Positions 28,069 to 37,796 of a DNA stretch of 60,000 nucleotides are shown piece after piece. Where the stretch lies: positions 37,698,001-37,758,000 of the forward strand of contig CM097885.1 of NCBI GenBank assembly GCA_044892525.1, read 5' to 3'. The notes beneath the pieces were generated by a model. The model was not told the DNA's origin and did no database searches. It was given only the letters and a program-made list of their open reading frames with translations. Made by a program: the position numbers and the translations under genes. Origin of the DNA: Schmidtea polychroa (taxonomy: Eukaryota). The number at the start of each line of letters is the position of its first letter. Within the stretch, counting starts at the first letter, position 1.

Positions 28069-28597
28069 ATGTCGCAACCAAATTTTAGTGAAAATGTTCT
28101 AAACGGAATTGTCACCGCGAATATAGTCGACAGCCTCAATTTCCTGATCAATCGAACTGAAAAAATCATTGAAGGTGAACATATCGATTATCATCAAATG
28201 ATGGAGATAGAATCCCTGGAAACCAAGAAGTTATACTTCAATAGAATATTTCAGTGTCTTTTCGATGAAGACATGAAATGGACAAGGATAATTGTAGGAT
28301 TCACCTACATGAAGATAATCATTGCAAAAGGTCAACATGACTCAGAACATTATTATCAGTGGTCTTTAGAAGTAAGATTTCTTTTATAATCTATATTTTA
28401 TTAATATTCATTTCTAGATAATCAAGTCCAAGTTTACCCCATGGATAGAAGCCAATGGCGGATGGGGTGTATTAAATAAACTGGCCTGCAATTTTAAAGA
28501 AACTGATGAAATCAAAAGAAAAATGAAAAACTATATAAAACTTACAACTGGAGTTGTTATAATGTATATTTTCTGTAGATATATGAATAAAAATTAA
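28069..28597 (+). CDS. Bcl-2 family protein, 160 aa, two exons (28069-28371, 28418-28597)
   Basis: BH1-like LFDEDMKWTRIIVGFTY. 46-nt GTAAGA...TTCTAG intron, phase 0. Exon 2 gives BH2 PWIEANGGW and a hydrophobic tail LTTGVVIMYIFCRY. CCAAT (28009) and TATAAATA (28033) upstream, AATAAA at the stop. Confidence 0.85.
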
Positions 28598-28642
28598 TGT
28601 TATTGTTTTTTAATAGTATATTTAAATGAAAATAATTCAATT

Positions 28643-28983
28643 TTAAAATTTATTAACACATTCGCAATCGTCATCTCCACATTTCATTATATTTTCAACG
28701 ACATGATCAATACAATCATTCGTAATATTATCTTTAGGTTCCTCTATAGGTTCATAGATTTCGTCATCAATTTCTTGAGTTTCTTCATGATCGTCAAATC
28801 CTGAATCTTGACTTTCAACTACCCAGCCGATATTTAAGGCATTTGTAACAGATAATATGTCCTCAATTTTTACACCAGCTATTTCTGCTAATTTTTCCAA
28901 CAAAAAGTTGATTAATAATTCTAAATAATAAATAATTCGGTATTTAATTAATCATGTTAACCTTTTTCTGCAGTCATTTTCAT
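28643..28983 (-). CDS. Small acidic orphan protein, about 99 aa, two exons (28983-28962, 28920-28643)
   Basis: A 41-nt GT..AG intron (28961-28921) joins MKMTAEK-E in frame to LLINFLLEKLAEIAG... Acidic middle with DSGFDD, Cys-rich C-terminus. Confidence 0.6.
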
Positions 28984-29109
28984 CACTTTAAAACTATATT
29001 ATAAGTTTGTTTATAGATTTTCTTTGTTAAATTTGCATGTCATTTGCATTAATGTTGCAATTAATAAAGAGAAAAACAAATATGACTAATACATTTATTA
29101 AATATAACA

Positions 29110-29529
29110 TTAAAATAGTTGTGAAAGTCTAGCAGACATAATTTTCCAAATTGGAGAATACACATCATTATTATCAACTTTATATCCTTGGATTGCAATT
29201 GTTATATACCAATTTTCGTTTTCTTTGAAACCGATTTCATCAAAGGAATCATAAAATCTTGCATATCTGTTGTTGAACCAGGCATGTTGATTACAAGATA
29301 GATTCGTATTCAACCGTTTGAAAACCTCATCAATAGATTTAATATCTATCATTGAAAGCGTGCCGGATAAGAATTGAAATTTAGTTGGAATTAGCTTGAT
29401 CGGTGACGCCAATTTCATATTGATTTCTTCTTTTAAAAAATACATTTTATAGTTGTGGAACATTTGAACAGGTTGTACAAGTTCTGGAACAACTTTTGGC
29501 TTTTCAGTGCTTGAAATTTTCTTTGTCAT
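29110..29529 (-). CDS. Polinton accessory protein, possible OB-fold ssDNA-binding protein
   Basis: Clean 139-aa ORF with its own TATA/CCAAT/octamer upstream. The C-terminal YITIAIQGYKV...YSPIWKIMSARL pattern is reminiscent of phage/NCLDV SSBs (function is inference). Confidence 0.6.
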   Translation of the reverse strand: MTKKISSTEKPKVVPELVQPVQMFHNYKMYFLKEEINMKLASPIKLIPTKFQFLSGTLSMIDIKSIDEVFKRLNTNLSCNQHAWFNNRYARFYDSFDEIGFKENENWYITIAIQGYKVDNNDVYSPIWKIMSARLSQLF

Positions 29530-29559
29530 CGTGAATTATGATTAAAATGAAATGGTACG

Positions 29560-29710
29560 GGGTTTTTATACCTATGACTATTGTTTATCAACCAATCAGA
29601 TTGCTGTATGTATGTATCAACCAATCAGATTGCTGTATGTCTTTGTTTAAATTTGCATGTCTTTGTTTAAATTTGCATGTCTTTGTTTAAATTGCATGTC
29701 ATTTGCATTA
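29560..29710. promoter_or_regulatory. Pol II promoter: TATA, tandem CCAAT, tandem octamer (ATTTGCAT)
   Basis: TATAAAAA on the minus strand at about 29570. CCAAT at 29592 and 29621. 20-bp units CTTTGTTTAAATTTGCATGT, with ATTTGCAT at 29651, 29671 and 29701. Confidence 0.55.
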
Positions 29711-29853
29711 ATGTTGCATTAATGTTTTTATTATAAATATTGTTTTTTATTATTATTTCTAATATTACTATTATTATTATTACTTATATTATTACTATTA
29801 TTTCTATTTCTATTATTTCGATTTACAAAAACAAAACAATTCAACATAAAAAT

Positions 29854-30260
29854 TTATTTTGATACAATCTGACTCGAGTCGTGATTTCTCAGAGTCTTCA
29901 CCAAACACCATTCAACATATTGTTGATAACGGAAATTGCAACAGCTACATCCGAAGATGCAAGGAGCCTCTGGTTTCATTTCTTTCATCCCTCTTCCTAT
30001 CTTGATATCCCATAGAAAGGTGTTTATTATATTGAATATCCAGATTCGTGTTTGGTTGTATACCAAATCCGGAATGATAGCTGGATCTCTATCTTGTAGA
30101 ATTTCATTTAATTCTGGATAATAGAAGCATAATCTTTGCAGGATAATTGATTGATACTGATCTGTAAAATATATATTAATGTAATAATAAAAAATTTGAA
30201 ATTACCATAATTTGCATGCTCTTTCATTGAGGTGATTGCGGAACTTTGTATGTTGTACAT
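29854..30260 (-). CDS. Orphan Cys-cluster protein, 120 aa, two exons (30260-30206, 30161-29854)
   Basis: A 44-nt GTAATT...TTACAG intron joins MYNIQSSAITSMKEHANY-D in frame to QYQSIILQRLCFYYPEL...APCIFGCSCCNFRY. Confidence 0.65.
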
Positions 30261-30381
30261 TTTTGTTGAATAAATGACAACTAAACCGAAAACATTTTGT
30301 TATAAATAATCATCAGCCAATTAGATTTCGACCAATCAGAATCATGCATTTCAATTGCATTGAATTTGCAATGATAAATAA

Positions 30382-30845
30382 TTAATTAAGTGATAATAAA
30401 AAATCTAAAAATTCATTTCCTTCAATTATTGATTTAATTTCAGATATGATATTATCAACTATACATTTGTAATCAATATTTTTTATTCCAAGAATTACTA
30501 TCTTACCGCTAGCGAATATATTTACACACATAGGGTTATATTTTATATATCTCAAAGCTGGAAATAATTCTGGTTCGTAAACACATGGTATTAATTTAGC
30601 CAATTCATTTAAATTACAAGAAAAACCTATATCGGAAGTTACGGTTATCGATTGTATTTCTAAATCATAAACATTATATTCACTAGCTTTGATTATTTCC
30701 TTACACCCCATAATTCTACATTTGCCTGTTTGAAATATATTATTGGATATTTTTTACTTCTATTGATGAGTTGTTGTGGTTTCCCCATTGGAAATACCAT
30801 TTTTGATACATCAGCTTTTGCCCTGTAATTTATATTTGAAAGCAT
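30382..30845 (-). pseudogene. TATA-binding-protein (TBP)-like gene with a 1-nt frameshift (154 aa if restored)
   Basis: Repeat 2: YEPELFPALRYIKYNPMCVNIFASGKIVILGIK. ATG at 30845 gives MLSNINYRAKAD...YPIIYFK. Adding one A at about 30730 gives repeat-1 FKTGKCRIMGCK. Confidence 0.85.
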
Positions 30846-30949
30846 TTTAATGAAATAATTATAAAAACTCTGCTATATATAGTTATTTTAAAAAGGAGTT
30901 CATTTAAATTATCAATATAAACAATAATTATATAGTTTAAATTTAAAAA

Positions 30950-31588
30950 ATGGAATTACGAAATGATGCAGTATACCAAATCGTTGGTCCAAGTGGTAGC
31001 GGAAAAACATTATTTGTTTGTAAATTACTAAAATCAAATTTGTTCAAAACAAAATTCAACAATATTTATTGGCATAGGGGCGCCGATGAAGAACATGGAT
31101 TGACACAATCAAGTTTCTGTCAATTGAAAAACATGAAAATAGTAAAGGGTTTTGATAAAAACTGGTCAAGTCGTTTGAAGAAAGATGATGTCATCATTAT
31201 CGATGATTTGTATCAAGAAGCCAATAAAGAAAAGGATTTTAATAATTTATTCACAAAAATCAGCAGACATGTTGGTGTAACAGTTATTTTCATAACACAA
31301 AATCTATTTCATCAAGGTGGTGCACATCGAACACGTAATTTAAATGTACAATATCTAGTTATTTTCAAAAATCCTAGAGATGCAACTGTCATTGATTTTC
31401 TTGGACGACAAGCATACCCTAATAACCGTAATTTTCTTATCAATGCATTTCAAGATGCTACAAAAATACCTCATGGGTATATATTTCTCGATTTCACACA
31501 ACAATGTCCTGATGATATACGGGTAAAAACAGATATTTTCAACCCAAAAGGTGCCATGGTTTATAAACAAAGTTCAAAACAAATTTGA
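30950..31588 (+). CDS. A32/FtsK-like genome packaging ATPase
   Basis: Walker A GPSGSGKT, Walker B IIIDD, ITQNLF and RTRNLNVQY motifs. Confidence 0.95.
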   Translation: MELRNDAVYQIVGPSGSGKTLFVCKLLKSNLFKTKFNNIYWHRGADEEHGLTQSSFCQLKNMKIVKGFDKNWSSRLKKDDVIIIDDLYQEANKEKDFNNLFTKISRHVGVTVIFITQNLFHQGGAHRTRNLNVQYLVIFKNPRDATVIDFLGRQAYPNNRNFLINAFQDATKIPHGYIFLDFTQQCPDDIRVKTDIFNPKGAMVYKQSSKQI

Positions 31589-31601
31589 AAACACATAAAT
31601 C

Positions 31602-32096
31602 ATGTTTTCAAAAACAAGGATATCGAGTAAAAAACAACCAAAAGTTCCACCAACAACTAGTTATACTCCATCTAAAGAACTTATTACAGAAAATTTTCCT
31701 GCAATGAATCTTATTTCGAAAAATCCTAAACCTAAACCTAAACCTAAAACCACTAAGAAAGTAAAAGTTGTTAAAAATCATCGGAGTTTCCCGTTTTTCA
31801 ATACATTGTTAAAGGCACCCAGTATGAAAAGAAACAGTATTTTACAATCTTTTCCAAATTATGTTGTCGATGATTTACTCGATATTATACTTAAAGTAGT
31901 CAAAGGCAAGATTAAAATCAGTAAATCTAAAAAGCAATTATTGAGTAAACATAGGAAACCTTTGCTATCATTAGTAAATAACAAAAATCGTCAACAAATG
32001 AGAAAAATTATATATAAACAACAAAGGGGATTTATCGGTGCATTGATACCTTTAGCAATATCATTATTAGGTGGAATAATAGGAAGTCGATCATAA
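31602..32096 (+). CDS. Basic core protein with adenovirus pX/Mu-like C-terminus
   Basis: Lys-rich, ends QQRGFIGALIPLAISLLGGIIG, similar to the GG-F/I-LP-L-I-P hydrophobic tail of Polinton/adenovirus pX. Confidence 0.7.
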   Translation: MFSKTRISSKKQPKVPPTTSYTPSKELITENFPAMNLISKNPKPKPKPKTTKKVKVVKNHRSFPFFNTLLKAPSMKRNSILQSFPNYVVDDLLDIILKVVKGKIKISKSKKQLLSKHRKPLLSLVNNKNRQQMRKIIYKQQRGFIGALIPLAISLLGGIIGSRS

Positions 32097-32157
32097 ACAA
32101 TGGGTGCTAATCCTTCATTACCAGACATTAAATTTAATTTTAAATCTTCTTGTTGTA

Positions 32158-33276
<1,119 letters not shown>

Positions 33277-34281
33277 ATTTTTATACTATTTTACCGAGCA
33301 ATAGTTGCCCATTAATTCATCCAGACAATCAAGCCAGTAAATTTATGGTCAATCTCCAGAATCCGATTTCTTTAAATGGTGACTGGGAAGTTGCACTGCA
33401 AGATTTTACATTCGTGTACAACACATTCCCATTTTATAGTCAATGTAAGATTGATTTCAAAAGGAATATTGTGAAAACATGTAGCGGTATCTTTATTATC
33501 AGTAATTATGATAAAACATATCGTATTCCGAATCAAATATTAGATTCACATTGCTATATGTTTTACAAGGATGGATTAAATATCAGTTGTGATTTTAAAC
33601 CATTTACAATAACATTCGAATATATTGAAGATGCCAAACGAATGGGTTGCAATAAGTTGAAAAATATTGTTACGGAGACCGAGTATTTATTACGTTTTAA
33701 TCTATTTGAAGCAAACAGTGTAATGAAAGAAGAAATCAAAATATCTGTATCGTATAATGATGAAGTTGAAGAATCATTTACCTTTGCTGATGAATTATAT
33801 TTTGATAAACTTGATGATTTACTTAAATATTTAAAGTTCAATTGTTCACACATATTTAAAAATTTGGAAATTGTGAAAGATTTGATGTTTACCTTCAGTT
33901 TGAATGATGATATTTGCGAAGTTACATTTGATAAAAATTTGGCAAATTCACTTGGATTAGATAGGCAAAAATATCGAGAAAAATCGACTGGTATACGCAA
34001 ACCAAGAATACTAGAACATCATCAACAAATGTTCATATATACTAATATTATCGAACCCATAATTGTTGGTGATTCCAGTGTTCCTCTATTGAAATCGGTA
34101 TGGATTGGAAAATATGAACATGATGAAGTTGTCAATATAAATATAGATAATCCCATGTATTTACCAATAGCAAGTTCATGTATAAACAATATAGAAATAA
34201 ATATTCGTGACGATAGTGGAAAACTTATAAACTTTCCAAAAGACTCAAAAACTCATTTGACACTACATTTTCGTAAAGTAG

Positions 34282-34644
34282 ATGGCTAATTCTGATATTA
34301 TTAGTATGTATAGTGATAGCCAATCTGGCGGTGAATTACCATATTTTATTGGTAAACAGTACGGATCAGGTTGGTTAAAAACAATAGGGAGATTTGCACT
34401 TCCTATTCTTAAACGTATTGGTAGTTTTGGCATGAAAACTGCTAAAGACGTGATTATGAATGAACAGAAAATATTACCATCCCTAAAAACAAATGCTTTA
34501 GCTGAGTTAGGGAAGGTTCTACCTGGAGTTGTAGGTATGTTTCAAAAAGATACGCCTCCAGCCCCAGCTCCAAAACGTAAAAGACATGGAATATCGCGTA
34601 TAAACAAACGAATGAAAGGACAAGGAACTATATTTGCAAAATGA
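34282..34644 (+). CDS. pVI-like membrane-active virion protein
   Basis: QSGGELPYFIGKQYGSG followed by amphipathic WLKTIGRFALPILKRIG and a basic KRKR...IF C-terminus. Lies between penton and hexon. Confidence 0.7.
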   Translation: MANSDIISMYSDSQSGGELPYFIGKQYGSGWLKTIGRFALPILKRIGSFGMKTAKDVIMNEQKILPSLKTNALAELGKVLPGVVGMFQKDTPPAPAPKRKRHGISRINKRMKGQGTIFAK

Positions 34645-35861
34645 TTTGTGGTAAATCTGAATTATGTATATTTGATAGACCATCGCCTCAAGCTGTAATA
34701 GAATTTGGGGCATTTGAGGAAGTTTTTCCTATGAATTCAATTACTGATAGTAGAAATGATATCGAGTTTTATATTAATGGTTCGCAAACTGAATATTTAG
34801 ATTTGAACGATACTTTATTGACTGTTCAGATTAAGGTTGTAGATAAAGATAGAAAAGTTTTGGATGCCAATATAGATGTAATACCGAACAATTTCCTGTT
34901 TCATACTCTTTTTAAAGATGCAATGTTGGGATTTAATAATATCAAGATTGAGGGCGGAAATAATACATTCATTCACAAGGCTTTGATAGAAACTATTTTA
35001 AATTACAATTCCGATACTAAAAATACATGTCTTACTCCTATGGGTTATGGCAGTGATGATGAAAGAAAAAAGTGGGTTAAAGGCTCAAAATCATTCACTA
35101 TGTGCTCATCATTACAACTCGATTTTATGGATCAACCGAAATATTTGCTACCGGGAGTTAATGTACACATTAGACTGAAAAGGTCCGATTCTGCATTATC
35201 TCTTACTAGTGCAACTGGTGCATCAATATGCCAATTAGTTGATGCAAAATTGTTGGTGAGAAGAGTTCGAGTAGACCCGTCAGTATTAGCTGGTCATCAA
35301 TTGGGTCTTAATTCAAAACATGCAATTTATCCTTTAAAAACAAAGGAAATTGTACAATTTGCTATTGCTAAAGGTGCTTCATCATTCTATAAAGAACAAA
35401 TATTTGGTGACAGAAGAATGCCTAATTTTATTCTGGTAACATTTCAAAGTGAAACGCAATATAATGGATCTTATACTGCTTCCAGCTCAATTTTCAAAAA
35501 TTTTGGTGTTACTTCATTGACTTTGTCGAAAAATACTGATTATAGAGAAACATATACTCAAGATTTCGAAAGCGATAATTACTGTGCGACATATATGCAG
35601 AGTATTGTTAGAAATCTGGGTTACTTAGATAAAAACTTGAATCGTGGAATAACTCTAGAAGAATTTAAAAGCAAATATCCATTTTTCACATTTGTTTTAG
35701 CCCCTGATTTTGATTTAAATCAGAGTCAACTACCTCAAAATGGAAATTTACGACTGGATATTAAGTTTGCAAGAGCCATTACTGAACCGGTACATGTTAT
35801 AATATATGGAGTATTTGAAAATGAAGTTCAAATTACTGCAAATAGAACCGTGCTAGTATAA
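34641..35861 (+). CDS. Major capsid protein (hexon-like double jelly roll)
   Basis: KSELCIFDRPSPQAVIE, IEFYINGSQTEYLDLNDTLL, QPKYLLPGVNVHIRLKR, GNLRLDIKFA motifs of Polinton MCP. Confidence 0.92.
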   Translation: MICGKSELCIFDRPSPQAVIEFGAFEEVFPMNSITDSRNDIEFYINGSQTEYLDLNDTLLTVQIKVVDKDRKVLDANIDVIPNNFLFHTLFKDAMLGFNNIKIEGGNNTFIHKALIETILNYNSDTKNTCLTPMGYGSDDERKKWVKGSKSFTMCSSLQLDFMDQPKYLLPGVNVHIRLKRSDSALSLTSATGASICQLVDAKLLVRRVRVDPSVLAGHQLGLNSKHAIYPLKTKEIVQFAIAKGASSFYKEQIFGDRRMPNFILVTFQSETQYNGSYTASSSIFKNFGVTSLTLSKNTDYRETYTQDFESDNYCATYMQSIVRNLGYLDKNLNRGITLEEFKSKYPFFTFVLAPDFDLNQSQLPQNGNLRLDIKFARAITEPVHVIIYGVFENEVQITANRTVLV

Positions 35862-36283
35862 ATGTATACAGAAACATAAAAAGTTGTCATGTAGTAAGTT
35901 TTTTGATACTGTTTAATTTTATTAAAGTAGTTCTGTTCAGGTTAATCGAATTGGAAAACAAATATTAGGAAATGAATTTATAGGTGTTTTCCTCTCGATA
36001 AAATTCCTTATTTGAGCAATAATCAAGCCATAATCGTCAATACTCATTCATCTCATCTTGGTGGAGAACATTGGATAGCTATATATGTGAAACCTAGTAA
36101 TATATTCGTATTCGATCCTATGGGTTTCTATTATCCTGCTTTGTTGATATCAAAACTTCAAACAACCGTCAAACAATTGGGAAACCTATTGTATATAATA
36201 AAACTATGTTTCAAAATCCATTGACTCAAACATGTGGTCAACACTGTTTGGCATGGTTGTTGTATAAAAAATTTGATGGTTAA
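35862..36283 (+). pseudogene. Adenain-type cysteine protease, disrupted
   Basis: FIGVF/PLDKIP, GGEHW, FDPMG, FQNPLTQTCGQHC (His-Asp-Cys triad). 1-nt deletion at about 35990 and 11-nt insertion at about 36166. Start uncertain (35862 or 35889, with a possible GTAAGT intron from 35894 to 35927 or 35930). Confidence 0.9.
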
Positions 36284-36359
36284 TAAATGTATACTGTATG
36301 ATTTTTATTTGTTGACTATTTTAATTATTTGTTAAATATTATTATTATTATTTGTTAAA

Positions 36360-36399
<40 letters not shown>

Positions 36400-36760
36400 A
36401 TTAATATTATTAATATTATTATTTTGAAAAAATATTATTATTTTTAATTAATTTTATTATTCAAATAAATATTATTAATTCTACATAAAGACTACCTATG
36501 CCTGAAGCATGCACAGTGCAAGTTAACAAAGGCATGTCTAACAAAGGCAGTCACATGTAATTTCTGAGTGATTTACATTACATGCATGCATGCGTGTGAT
36601 TGGTTGAGAGATGAAAATTCTAAGTTACTATGCGTGTGTGTCTAATTCTGATTGGCTGGGACATGAAATTTTTCATTCTCTTTATAAACATTGACAAATC
36701 TAAAATTTGTCACAATTATTTTAAAATTTTAAAAATCTATTAATAATAATATTTAACAAC

Positions 36761-37068
36761 ATGAACAACAACAATATTCAAAGAGTTGACGGAAAGATCG
36801 TTGGAGGAATTAATGGTAAATTTATTATTTTATTATTTTATTATTTTTAATATGATTATTAGGTACTAATCAACAAATGAATATCGACGGACAAGCTGTA
36901 GACATGAATAGAATAAATGGTAATAGTTTACTATTATAATCATTATTATTTTATTATGCTTTTAGATGGAATAAATACTTCTGCTGGTTCTAATGCTGGA
37001 AAATTTCTTTCGAAAGGACGAAAATGTAAGTATTTATTTATTGTTATAAGTTTTTAAGTTTTTTAAAC

Positions 37069-37122
<54 letters not shown>

Positions 37123-37741
37123 TAAAAGAAGATTATAAAGAAACTTATGAAAAGAAGATATTTTAAAAGAAGATTTATTTATGATGATTTTGAAAAGAAG
37201 ATTTATTCATGAAAAGATGATTTATTAAATATGATGATTTTGAATATTATAATTAATCACTTTTATATATATTATTTATGAAAATAAAATCTATTTTAGA
37301 AAATGAATTATTTATTTATGAAAATGAATTAAATTATTTATGAAAACGAATTAAATTATATATTTTATAATATTTTTTATAATATTTTTTATAAGATACT
37401 ATTTAAAAGACAATTTTGAATAATATCTTACGAAAAATATCTTAAACTTTAAAAATTATTATTATCTTAATATTTTTTAAACATTTTATGATAAAAATAT
37501 TTTCATAGGTTTGAAATACCAAAACTTTTGTAATAGTCAATATCATAATGACTGCGATGATATAATGGAAAGATATTATAGTCATAAATATAACGGTGTC
37601 ACCTACATCCTATGCCCTAAATGTGAGGTTATTGAAGTTATAACGTATAAAGAATTTTATAATAAGCATAGACTCCATCTCCAACAATTTAAACCTTCTA
37701 AGAAGTCTCTTTTCTATAGCTTATATGAATCGTTTGTTAAC

Positions 37742-37796
<55 letters not shown>

